The notes under the pieces: generated by a model
The model's input: only the letters and a program-made list of their open reading frames with translations
Database searches by the model: none
What the model was told of the DNA's origin: nothing
Shown: piece by piece, positions 20,516-29,338 of the stretch
How positions within the stretch are numbered: the first letter of the stretch is position 1
Layout: every line of letters starts with the position of its first letter
Assembly (NCBI GenBank): GCA_946641515.1
Contig: CAMPBT010000003.1
Span: 140,120 to 204,119 of the forward strand
Direction of reading: 5' to 3'
From: an uncultured Bacillales bacterium
GTDB lineage: Bacteria > Bacillota_I > Bacilli_A > RFN20 > CAG-449
DNA length: 64,000 nucleotides
Translations under genes and position numbers: made by a program

Positions 20516-22025
20516 CTTTTTCAAGCTCATAAATCTCTGAATATTTGTTTTCAAGATAATCACAATAATAATCAGGATTTAAATCTTCTCCTGTAACTTT
20601 CTTTATTAATTCTTTAGGTGAAAGCATTCTAGCTTCACTATAAATGTTTTTAGTTAACCAATCTTTAATGACATTGACTTTACCTTCACTTAATAATTTA
20701 TCAACATCAAGTTCTTCTTTCATCTTATGGTAGATTTGTGCAGAATAAGCATTTCCTACAGCATATGAGAAGAAATAACCAAAGCCAGTTGACCAATGTA
20801 CATCTTGTAAAATACCTTCTTTATCTGAAGGAGGGGTAATACCAAGATATTCTTTATATTTCTCATTCCAAATACGAGGCAAATCATTTACATCGATATC
20901 ATCATTATTGAAAATTAATTTTTCAATTTCATAACGAACAATAATATGTAAACAATAAGTAAGTTCATCCGCTTCTGTTCTAATTAATGAAGGTTGAACT
21001 TTATTAATTGCCTTATAAAATTCTTCTACAGATACATCTTTTAAAGTAGAAGGAATAATCTTCTTATATTTAGGGAAGATGTAATTAACAAAGTTCTTAT
21101 TCTTAGCAATGATGTTTTCAAAGAATCTGGATTGAGATTCATGAAATGCCATAGAACACGCTCCATAAACAGAAGTACCTTCATATTTCTTATTAAGGTT
21201 TTGTTCATAAATACCGTGTCCACCTTCATGAGCACAAGAATAAACATTACTAGTCCAATCATTTTCATAATAATGAGTAGTAATTCTTACATCATTATGA
21301 GTTAAGCCATTAGTAAAAGGATGTTCAGTTTCTTTAAGCATACCTCTACTAAAATCATATCCAATACTTTTAGCAGTTAACTTACCTAACTTTTCTTGTT
21401 GAGATTTATTAACTCTAGTATGTAAGAAATCAGTCCTAATATTAACTTTAGAATTCATTACTTTCTTAAGTAAAGGAACAATTCTCTTTTTTAATTTATC
21501 AAAGAAGATATCAAGTTCTTTTTCAGAAGTACCCTCTTCATACATATCTAAATAAGTATTGTAATAAGAGTTATCAACCGCTCCATAATATTTAGCAAGA
21601 ACTTTAGAATAATGAATTACTTCTTTAAAATAAGGTGCCCAAATAGAATAATCATCATTTTGTTTAGCCTCTTTCCAATAATAAGAAGATTGATTCATTA
21701 CTTTCTGAGCTTCTTTTGCAACTTGTTCAGGTACTTTACGATCTCTCTCTACATCTTTTAAATCAAGAGTTACTGCTCTTTGATATAAAGGAGGTAAAGA
21801 ATCATAATGCTTTTTCATTTCTTCTAGTAATCCTAAATATTCATTAGAAGTAGTTCTTTTAAAATATTCCATATAGAAATAATTTAAGATTTCTTCTCTT
21901 TCTTTATGAGCCTTTTTTGGAGCGTCAGTTTCATCTTCAAATCCAATAATAGATAAAGTATTTGAAATCATCTCATTAACTTTATAATACTCCCTATATT
22001 TTTTAATAAGTTCTTTAGTATTCAT
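20508..22025 (-). CDS. Carboxypeptidase, peptidase family M32
   Basis: HPF, DVRITT, HEGGH, HESQSRF, IRTEADE, GILQDVHW. Confidence 0.95.
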   Translation of the reverse strand: MNTKELIKKYREYYKVNEMISNTLSIIGFEDETDAPKKAHKEREEILNYFYMEYFKRTTSNEYLGLLEEMKKHYDSLPPLYQRAVTLDLKDVERDRKVPEQVAKEAQKVMNQSSYYWKEAKQNDDYSIWAPYFKEVIHYSKVLAKYYGAVDNSYYNTYLDMYEEGTSEKELDIFFDKLKKRIVPLLKKVMNSKVNIRTDFLHTRVNKSQQEKLGKLTAKSIGYDFSRGMLKETEHPFTNGLTHNDVRITTHYYENDWTSNVYSCAHEGGHGIYEQNLNKKYEGTSVYGACSMAFHESQSRFFENIIAKNKNFVNYIFPKYKKIIPSTLKDVSVEEFYKAINKVQPSLIRTEADELTYCLHIIVRYEIEKLIFNNDDIDVNDLPRIWNEKYKEYLGITPPSDKEGILQDVHWSTGFGYFFSYAVGNAYSAQIYHKMKEELDVDKLLSEGKVNVIKDWLTKNIYSEARMLSPKELIKKVTGEDLNPDYYCDYLENKYSEIYELEKDE

Positions 22026-22082
22026 ATTATATTCACCTACTTGTTTATATCTATTTTATAGATATTAATAATAGAAATGAAC

Positions 22083-22116
22083 AAAAAAACTCCACTTTAA
22101 CAAAAAGTGAAGTTTT
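22083..22116 (-). terminator. Second terminator downstream of the purine riboswitch
   Basis: AAAACTTCACTTT-TTGTT-AAAGTGGAGTTTT followed by further T. Confidence 0.7.
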
Positions 22117-22131
22117 CGTAATTTAATAAAT

Positions 22132-22168
22132 AAAAAAGTTGCGCTGATAAGGAAACGGTCAGGCAACT
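22132..22168 (-). terminator. Riboswitch expression-platform terminator
   Basis: AGTTGC-CTGA...TCAG-C-GCAACT followed by TTTTTATTT. Confidence 0.6.
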
Positions 22169-22180
22169 GAAAGGAAAACT

Positions 22181-22241
22181 TTCGTAGAGGTAGATTGTGG
22201 TCTACCGTAGAGACATTGGACCGATTTCCAATATATACGAA
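22181..22241 (-). ncRNA. Purine riboswitch aptamer, guanine-type discriminator
   Basis: UUCGUA-UAU-AUUGGA-AAUCGG-UCCAAU-GUCUCUAC-GGUAGA-CCACAA-UCUACC-UC-UACGAA: P1/P2/P3 pair perfectly, J2/3 is close to the consensus GUUUCUAC, the L2 GG/L3 CC kissing bases are kept, and position 74 is C. Confidence 0.85.
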
Positions 22242-22391
22242 TATAACTTATGAGCTATCCTACTTGCATAGGACAGTGATTAATATATTACATATCTAAA
22301 AAGAAAAAAGAAACACTTTTTTGAAAATTTTTGAATTTTCTTTCAAATGTTTCTTTTTGTATCAATTATTTAATTAATTTAAATACTTATT

Positions 22392-23780
22392 TTAATCGAT
22401 ATTCTCGTGTTCTTCGTCTACTTTGACTTCTGTATCTTTTTTACCAAATCCCGTAACAAAATATACTAAGATACCAAGAATTAAAGCACATGCAACTGAT
22501 GTTAATGTAACTTTACCAAATGTTAATGTAAGTCCACCGATACCTGCAATTAAGATAACTGAGACTGTGAATAAGTTTCTGCTATCACCAAGGTCTTCTT
22601 TTTGAATCATCTTTAAACCAGATACTGCGATGAATCCGTATAATGTCATACAAACACCACCCATGACACATGATGGAATTGTTGCAAGTAATGTAACGAA
22701 TGGTGCAATGAATGAGCAAACGATACATAAAATTGCTGTAGTAATAATTGTTGTAATTGAAGCGTTCTTTGAAATAGCAACACAACCTACTGATTCACCA
22801 TAAGTTGTATTTGGACATCCACCGAAGAATGCACCAGCGATTGAACCAACACCATCGCCGAGTAATGTTCTATGTAAACCTGGTTCTTCAAGTAAATCAG
22901 AACCAATGACTGATGATAAGTTTTTGTGGTCTGCAATGTGTTCTGCGAAAACTACGAATGCAACTGGAATGTAAGCAACTGCAATTGTACCAACATATCC
23001 CCATGAGAAGTTATCCCATGTTTCCTTTGAGAAGAATGCTTTTACAAATGTGAAGTCTGGATACCACTGCATTGAAGCAAATTTTGTGAAATCAATAACT
23101 TTTAATGCATCGTTATTTGCTAAATAACCAATACCTGTGAAGATAGCAGCGACTGCATAGCCTGCTAAGATACCTAAGATGAAAGGAATCATCTTAACAA
23201 ATTTTTTGCCATATACTGAACAAGCAACTACTGTAAATAATGTAACTAAGCCACAGAATAATGCTAAGAATTTATTTGTTGTAACAACACCTGCTGCATC
23301 TTTAAATGAGCCTGATAATAAATCTCCAACAGCATTTCCTGCTAAGCTTAAGCCAATGATTGCAACTGTAGGGCCAATTACAACTGCTGGCATAATTTTG
23401 TTGATCCATCCTGTACCACAGAATTTAACAACTAATGCGATTGCAACATATACTAAACCTGCAAAGAATGCACCTAAAATTAAACCTAAGTAACCAAGTG
23501 AAGCAGAAGTAGCACCTGCGAATGCTGCAAGCATTGAACCAATGAATGCGAATGAAGAACCTAAGAAGACTGGGCTCTTAAATTTTGTGAATAGTAAATA
23601 TACTATTGTACCAACACCTGCACCGAATAATGCTGCAGACTGGCTCATGCCGTTACCAATAATTGCAGGAACAGCGATTGTTGCTGCTAAAATAGCAAGC
23701 ATTTGTTGGAAAGCAAAGATTAATGTTTTTCCAACTGATGGTCTATCTGATACACCATAAATTAGACCGTTCTTTTCCAT
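22392..23780 (-). CDS. uraA: NCS2 family nucleobase permease, UraA/PyrP-like
   Basis: SPVFLGSSFAF, AEHIADH, PNTTYGESVG, GGVCMTLYGFIAVSG. Confidence 0.85.
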   Translation of the reverse strand: MEKNGLIYGVSDRPSVGKTLIFAFQQMLAILAATIAVPAIIGNGMSQSAALFGAGVGTIVYLLFTKFKSPVFLGSSFAFIGSMLAAFAGATSASLGYLGLILGAFFAGLVYVAIALVVKFCGTGWINKIMPAVVIGPTVAIIGLSLAGNAVGDLLSGSFKDAAGVVTTNKFLALFCGLVTLFTVVACSVYGKKFVKMIPFILGILAGYAVAAIFTGIGYLANNDALKVIDFTKFASMQWYPDFTFVKAFFSKETWDNFSWGYVGTIAVAYIPVAFVVFAEHIADHKNLSSVIGSDLLEEPGLHRTLLGDGVGSIAGAFFGGCPNTTYGESVGCVAISKNASITTIITTAILCIVCSFIAPFVTLLATIPSCVMGGVCMTLYGFIAVSGLKMIQKEDLGDSRNLFTVSVILIAGIGGLTLTFGKVTLTSVACALILGILVYFVTGFGKKDTEVKVDEEHENID

Positions 23781-23803
23781 AAGTTTTCCTCCCCTTCTAT
23801 TTC

Positions 23804-23836
23804 AAAAAAAAGGATTTGGCACTAATACCAAATCCT
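23804..23836 (-). terminator. Attenuator terminator upstream of uraA
   Basis: AGGATTTGGTA-TTAG-TGCCAAATCCT followed by T7, about 24 nt before the uraA start. Confidence 0.9.
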
Positions 23837-23942
23837 AAAAAGCAAAAATAGAAAATAAAGTCTTTTTTGAACGAGAAACAAGAGGACAAAAACCCCTTGA
23901 GCTTTCCTTATACTCAATTGGACGAATGTTTTTATTAACCAT
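23835..23942 (-). CDS. Putative 35-aa leader peptide MVNKNIRPIEYKESSRGFCPLVSRSKKTLFSIFAF
   Basis: GGGAG RBS 6 nt before ATG 23942; open frame to TAG at 23835-23837, which overlaps the terminator 5' arm. Confidence 0.6.
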   Translation of the reverse strand: MVNKNIRPIEYKESSRGFCPLVSRSKKTLFSIFAF

Positions 23943-24009
23943 ATTTGTCTCCCAATTCCTGTTTTTTATAATAACAAATATTAGGTAATTCGTGAAGATG
24001 GTTTTTTTA

Positions 24010-24023
24010 TGAAATCGGTTACA
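24010..24023. promoter_or_regulatory. cre (CcpA box)
   Basis: TGAAATCGGTTACA matches TGWAANCGNTNWCA exactly; upstream of the uraA leader. Confidence 0.55.
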
Positions 24024-24113
24024 TTCAAAGTCTTAAGTATAACTTAAGAAATTTTAAAAAATTATATATTTAATAAAATAAAAAGTTATCATAAGATAGC
24101 CTTCAAATAAAAT

Positions 24114-24707
24114 TTATCTTAGTTTATTTACTAAAGGTATAATTGTTTCTTCTTTTTGTTCTTCCGTTAAAACATGCTTCGCGCCTTCAATTAAAGTAAC
24201 ATGATCTTCCCCAAACTTTTCTAAAACAATATCTTTTGTAGTAGTACAAATTTCATCCTTAGTTCCTACAATAATATAAGTATTCTTTAAAGTCATAGGA
24301 TGAATATTACTTAATGCATCTTTAGCAAATCTAGAAACAGATTCGACAAAATAATCATCAATTGAGAAATCTTTTTCTTTAGGGTTTTGTCTAGGTGAAG
24401 AAAACTTATGTCTACCTAAAGCGACAGTTTTGCCAAATACAGAAGAAGGATCAACACATGGGTTAACTAAGATTCTTCTAACTGATTTATTGTTTAAACA
24501 TAATGCATATAATCCTCCAAGAGAATTACCTACAACTAAATCAATACCATAATTATCCACAATATAGTTGATGATATAGATAGCTTCAGAACAATTAACA
24601 GGAACATCAAAAGTGATGACTTCATCATTTTCTAAGTTCTTTTTGAGAACTTTATAGACACCATTTTCTCCTGCAGAAGCAAATCCATGGATATTAAGAA
24701 TTTTCAT
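24114..24707 (-). CDS. YqiA/YcfP-like alpha/beta hydrolase (start likely ATG 24707)
   Basis: ILNIHGFAS, nucleophile elbow GNSLGG, LVNP, GTKDE, C-terminal His. Confidence 0.85.
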   Translation of the reverse strand: MKILNIHGFASAGENGVYKVLKKNLENDEVITFDVPVNCSEAIYIINYIVDNYGIDLVVGNSLGGLYALCLNNKSVRRILVNPCVDPSSVFGKTVALGRHKFSSPRQNPKEKDFSIDDYFVESVSRFAKDALSNIHPMTLKNTYIIVGTKDEICTTTKDIVLEKFGEDHVTLIEGAKHVLTEEQKEETIIPLVNKLR

Positions 24708-25212
24708 TTTTTTCTCCTCTACTTTTTCTTTTTTTAGGTACATCAGGTACCTGATAAATATATTCATCCTTTAAGATTTTAGAAAATCCTAATGAAGTAA
24801 ACATCTTCTTAGATTGAGTATTAAAAGGATAAATTTCCGCATATAAGATTTTCATTTCTTTTTTCTGTGCGAGTTTAATTATACCTTGAATTACTCTTCT
24901 TCCAATATGTTTATTTTGATATTCATTACAAATAGTTATAGAAATATGACCATCTTTAAAAAGAGTAACATCACCTACTAATAGATTCTGATATCTAATG
25001 TAATATAACCAACCTTCATGTTTTAAAGCAGAATACATAGTTTTAACTCTCTTTAAAGAAAAAGGTTCTTTAGAATTACTAACTTGCTTAACAAGTTGTA
25101 GGTCCTGATACCACGACAAAGTAACCTTATAATTAGGCTTATAAGGAACTAAAGTTATCTCATCATCAATTTTAATATTTCTAAAAGTAAGCATATCTAT
25201 TTCATTATACAC
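24694..25212 (-). CDS. GNAT family N-acetyltransferase (start uncertain)
   Basis: LVGDVTL...ISITICNEYQNKHIGRRVI, NTQSKKMFTSLGF. Confidence 0.85.
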   Translation of the reverse strand: MYNEIDMLTFRNIKIDDEITLVPYKPNYKVTLSWYQDLQLVKQVSNSKEPFSLKRVKTMYSALKHEGWLYYIRYQNLLVGDVTLFKDGHISITICNEYQNKHIGRRVIQGIIKLAQKKEMKILYAEIYPFNTQSKKMFTSLGFSKILKDEYIYQVPDVPKKRKSRGEKNENS

Positions 25213-25340
25213 AATTTTAAAATATATGAAATATCCTCCTGTTCAATAATTGTAAACACTTTCATAATTTTTTGTATTAATTCTTATTCAATTTAAAATG
25301 AAGATTTAGTATATTTTATACACAATGATAGGAGGGGATC

Positions 25341-25892
25341 ATGGAAAAAGTTATTCTTTGTGAAGAAGAAATTAAAAGCATCACTAGTCTAATTGGCCAG
25401 CAGCTTTCAACTCGCTTCAGATTCAATGACTCTCCACCAATTATCATTGGCCTTATCGAAGATTCACTTCCATTTACAACAGATTTAGTAAATGAAATGA
25501 ATATTCCCTTATTACAAGATTACATCCAGATCGGTTCTATCAACGGTAGTAAGCATTTAGGAACTATGCTAAAGAAAGACGTTTCATTAGACATCTACAA
25601 GAAAGATGTAGTTATCGTCGCTACAGTCGTTGATACAGGTATTCAGATGCAATATTTATCAGATTACCTCATGAACAAATATAAGCCTACATCAATTACA
25701 ACAGTAGCGTTAATTGATAAAAAGGCTAACCGCAAAGTTCCTTTTAATCTAGATTATTACGGCAAAGAAATAAATACCGACTCTTTCTTAGTAGGCTATG
25801 GACTAGATTACCGTGGCTTTGGTCGTAATAGTAAAATCGTGTACATCCCAACTTCAGCCGAAATAAAGTCATGGGATTCTTACACTAATTAA
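25341..25892 (+). CDS. Hypoxanthine phosphoribosyltransferase homologue with degenerate PRPP-binding motifs
   Basis: EKVILCEEEI, LIDK...RK and FLVGYGLDY align to HPRT; ED is replaced by AT, LKG by IED, SY by SI. Confidence 0.8.
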   Translation: MEKVILCEEEIKSITSLIGQQLSTRFRFNDSPPIIIGLIEDSLPFTTDLVNEMNIPLLQDYIQIGSINGSKHLGTMLKKDVSLDIYKKDVVIVATVVDTGIQMQYLSDYLMNKYKPTSITTVALIDKKANRKVPFNLDYYGKEINTDSFLVGYGLDYRGFGRNSKIVYIPTSAEIKSWDSYTN

Positions 25893-26052
25893 ACATTGCT
25901 TGTTATTTCTCCCTAACTATTATTCATTTCAATCAATGTTTAATCCAAATTAAATGTCTTATTAAGATAAGACTTAGAATACGAGATTTGTTAATAGCAA
26001 ATCTCTTTTTTTATAAAAAAACCAGTTATTTCTAACTGGCTTAATATACTAA

Positions 26053-27255
26053 TTAAAGAACAACTTTCTTAAAGTTCTTTTTACCTTTTTTAACTAAGAT
26101 ACCCTTCTTTAAAGCTGCTTCATCATATCTAACTTTTGAATCAGTAACTTTGACATCATCAACACTGACACCACCTTGTTCTACAGCACGTCTAGCGTCA
26201 CCTCTAGAAGAAGCAAAACCACATTTAACTAAAACTGAACAAATGTCGATAGAACCATTAAGTAAATCACTAGCTTCTAAATTTAATGTTGGAGCGTTTT
26301 CACCATTTCCTGCAGCAAATAAAGATTTAGCCATTTCTTCAGCTTCTTTATATGCATCTTCTCCATGTATGAAAGTAATAACTTCTTTTGCTAAAGCCTT
26401 ATGAGCTTCTCTAAGTTCTGGATGTTCCTTATTCTTTCTTTCTAATTCTTCAATTTCTTCTTTTGATAAGAATGTTAAGAATTTTAAGTAGTCGATAACT
26501 TTGCTATCTTCACAGTTAACAAAGAACTGGTACATTTCAAATGGAGAAGTTTTATTCTTGTCTAACCAAATAGCTTTGCCATTTGTTTTACCAAATTTAG
26601 TACCATCTGATTTAGTAAGAAGTGGCATAGTAAACCCATATACAGTTTTACCTGTTTTCTTTCTAATTAAGTCGATACCTGCAGTAATATTACCCCACTG
26701 GTCTTGACCTGCAACTTCTAAAGTAACACCTTTAGTTTCCATTAAGTATTCAAAGTCATAAGCTTGTAATGTCATGTAAGAGAATTCTGTGAAAGTAATA
26801 CCTTCTTCAAGTCTTCTTCTAACAATATCTTTACCAAGCATAGAACCAATGTTGAAATATTTTCCAACATCTCTTAAGTAATCAATAATATTAATCTTCT
26901 TTAACCAATCACCATTGTTAACAACTTCAAAACCGAATAACTTTTCAGCTTGAGCTTTTAAGCAAGCGAAGTTATGTTCAACTTGTTCATAAGTAATCAT
27001 TGGTCTTTCTGCATCAGGTTTTGGATCACCAATTAAACCAGTTCCTCCACCTACTAAAAGGATTGGATTGTGGCCAGCATCCTTTAATCTTTTAGCAATT
27101 AAGAATGATGAAAAGTGACCGATGTGAAGTGAATCACCAGTTGGGTCAGTTCCAATGTAGAAAGTTAAACCTCCAGCATTTAATTTATCCTTGATAGCAG
27201 GATCTGAGACGTCTTTAATAAGACCTCTCCATTCTAATTCTTCATAAATTCCCAT
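26053..27255 (-). CDS. tyrS: Tyrosine--tRNA ligase
   Basis: DPTGDSLHIGH, GQDQWGN, KFGKT and a C-terminal S4 domain. Confidence 0.98.
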   Translation of the reverse strand: MGIYEELEWRGLIKDVSDPAIKDKLNAGGLTFYIGTDPTGDSLHIGHFSSFLIAKRLKDAGHNPILLVGGGTGLIGDPKPDAERPMITYEQVEHNFACLKAQAEKLFGFEVVNNGDWLKKINIIDYLRDVGKYFNIGSMLGKDIVRRRLEEGITFTEFSYMTLQAYDFEYLMETKGVTLEVAGQDQWGNITAGIDLIRKKTGKTVYGFTMPLLTKSDGTKFGKTNGKAIWLDKNKTSPFEMYQFFVNCEDSKVIDYLKFLTFLSKEEIEELERKNKEHPELREAHKALAKEVITFIHGEDAYKEAEEMAKSLFAAGNGENAPTLNLEASDLLNGSIDICSVLVKCGFASSRGDARRAVEQGGVSVDDVKVTDSKVRYDEAALKKGILVKKGKKNFKKVVL

Positions 27256-27277
27256 ATATACCTCTTTCTTCTAGGGC

Positions 27278-27505
27278 AAATAAAAAACGCCCTTAATATA
27301 AGGACGAAATATTCGTGGTACCACCTTATTTTATGAAAGTAATAATACTTTCACCTCATTAGATATTTTTACGCGTATCAAGCGTCTTCCCTACTATTAA
27401 TTCAAGAAGCTCTCCAGAACGTATTCATTTATTTACCACACTGTTTTTCATCAACCAACAGCTTTCTAAAGAGAATAAATAAACTACTCTTTTCCTTCAA
27501 CGATT
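27278..27505 (-). promoter_or_regulatory. T-box riboswitch with Tyr specifier
   Basis: T-box AAGGTGGTACCACG (27314-27327), specifier GAA-TAC-GTT (TAC at 27421-27423), AG box/GCTG...TGA stem I, terminator ending in a T run. Confidence 0.92.
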
Positions 27506-27645
27506 TATAAATTTTACAAGGTCATTATATATGGATAAGGATATTAAAACAAGTAACAAAACAAACTATTTTTATTTTTAGTTAGCAACTGCTAACCATT
27601 TTATTTAAATTATGTTATTATAATTTGGTTGAAAGGAGCATCTAT

Positions 27646-28455
27646 ATGAATTCAATCACTATTACGATTATATGTTTATTAATACTATTATTTTCCACAA
27701 CAATTGGTTCAGCATTTGTCTTCTTTTTCAAAAAAGAATTTGGTCCAAAGACTAACAATGTAGTTCTAGGTTTTGCAGGAGGAATCATGGTCTCTGCATC
27801 CTTATTTGGCTTAATTCTTCCATCAATAGAACAAAGTAAAGAACTATATCCAAACATCTCTTTCTTACCTCCAATACTAGGTTTTATCTTAGGAGGATTA
27901 CTCTTATGGGGAATGGATAAACTTATTCCACATATCCATAAGAACCAGCATGACCCTACTGAAGAAGGTGTTAAAACAGATAAAGTATCTCCAAATTTAA
28001 AATTCTTCTTTGCAGTAACTATACACAATATCCCAGAAGGTTTATCAGTAGGTTTTGCATGTGGACTAGCACTACACGCAATTAATACAGGAAGTGAATC
28101 TGCATTGATGTATTCTGCATTATCTCTTGCCATCGGTATAGGAATCCAAAATGTACCAGAAGGTGCAGCAGTATCTATTCCAATGCTAAATGAAGGTATA
28201 TCTAAACCAAAATCATTCTTATTCGGTGCAGCATCTGGAATTGTCGAACCAATCTTTGCAATAATAGGTTTATTCCTTGCACAACTTTCAATCATTACAC
28301 CTTGGTTACTAGCTTTAGCAGCAGGTGCAATGATTTATGTCACATTAGATGAAATACTCCCAGAAGCTAGAAAAGCAGGTTATGAACATTACGGTCTATG
28401 GGCATTTATGATAGGTTTTGTGGTCATGATGATATTAGAAATAACATTAGGATAA
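27646..28455 (+). CDS. ZIP family metal transporter (start ATG 27646)
   Basis: LGFAGGIM, HNIPEG, QNVPEG, AAGAMIYV...EILPEA. Confidence 0.92.
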   Translation: MNSITITIICLLILLFSTTIGSAFVFFFKKEFGPKTNNVVLGFAGGIMVSASLFGLILPSIEQSKELYPNISFLPPILGFILGGLLLWGMDKLIPHIHKNQHDPTEEGVKTDKVSPNLKFFFAVTIHNIPEGLSVGFACGLALHAINTGSESALMYSALSLAIGIGIQNVPEGAAVSIPMLNEGISKPKSFLFGAASGIVEPIFAIIGLFLAQLSIITPWLLALAAGAMIYVTLDEILPEARKAGYEHYGLWAFMIGFVVMMILEITLG

Positions 28456-28557
28456 AAAGAAAACTAATCGATTTATGTAGTTATTTCGATTAGTTTTTTT
28501 AGTTTCAAATTATATCTAAATTTATCTCAAAAATTTGTATAAAGTATAAACGTTCCA

Positions 28558-28853
28558 TCATTTATCTTTTATTATTTCCTCTGTAAGTTTTGAAAGTGGT
28601 ACACATTCATTATTATCGATTTCTTTATCCGCGATTATAAGCCTATCATTAAATTCTTTCTCGCTCATCAAATCAGCATTAACGCTTTTAGGCAATCCTA
28701 TAAAAAAGGAATTCCATTAGTATAAATAATTTGATGATATAAAGCATTAATAACTACTGATACTGGTATACCAAGTTTATTTAATATTTCTTCTGCCTGA
28801 ACTTTTATTTCAGGTTCTACTCTTGCTATAACATTTGCCGTTTTTACTGCCAT
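28558..28853 (-). pseudogene. Frameshifted RelB/DinJ-family antitoxin
   Basis: MAVKTANVIARVEPEIKVQAEEILNKLGIPVSVVINALYHQIIYTNGIPF then TAG (28698-28700) right after a T6 run; the alternative frame continues IGLPKSVNADLMSEKEFNDRL...EEIIKDK*. Confidence 0.75.
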
Positions 28854-28887
28854 AACACTTTCTCCTTTCTAATATAGAAATATCATT

Positions 28888-28910
28888 ATGTATATCGATT
28901 GTATATACAT
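28888..28910. promoter_or_regulatory. Palindromic operator upstream of the antitoxin pseudogene
   Basis: ATGTATAT-7 bp-ATATACAT inverted repeat overlapping the promoter region. Confidence 0.55.
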
Positions 28911-28971
28911 TTTTTTAATAATCCGTAAAAAAACATCTACCCGAAGATAGATGTTTGTCATTAAAATATTA

Positions 28972-29277
28972 TTAATTATCTTTCTTATCAGTATAGTCAA
29001 CGTCTACTGCATCATTTTTAGAAGATGATGTACCTTCTTTGAAACAGTAATATAAAGGCTGATCATTAAGTAATAATAAGATAATGTCACAGATTGCTAA
29101 GATGTTCCAGCCTAAGAATAAACCAAGTAATAACCAAACAATCATACCTACTTGATCGTTCTTAGAATAAGCTTTAATTACTCTATATACTGACCAAATA
29201 ATATCTAAGCCTGGTAAAGCTAAAATGATTTTTACTACTTTTGGTAAGTCATCCATTCCTTTTAAAAATTCTTTCAT
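28972..29277 (-). CDS. Small membrane protein of unknown function
   Basis: 101 aa, GGAGA RBS, hydrophobic segments, own terminator at about 28928-28957. Confidence 0.75.
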   Translation of the reverse strand: MKEFLKGMDDLPKVVKIILALPGLDIIWSVYRVIKAYSKNDQVGMIVWLLLGLFLGWNILAICDIILLLLNDQPLYYCFKEGTSSSKNDAVDVDYTDKKDN

Positions 29278-29338
29278 TGTATAGTCTCCTTTTTTTTAAA
29301 TTATATACTCAAATTTTTACACTTAAAATAAAAACTAA

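Noticed and set aside
23880-23945. PyrR binding loop in the uraA leader
   Set aside because: Only a partial GUCC is present, without the GUGAGGYU element; the leader-peptide model fits better
25225-25240. Strong AGGAGG followed by an in-frame ATA upstream of the GNAT gene (possible non-canonical start)
   Set aside because: GTG 25212 and ATG 25194 are available starts, and this cannot be resolved from sequence alone
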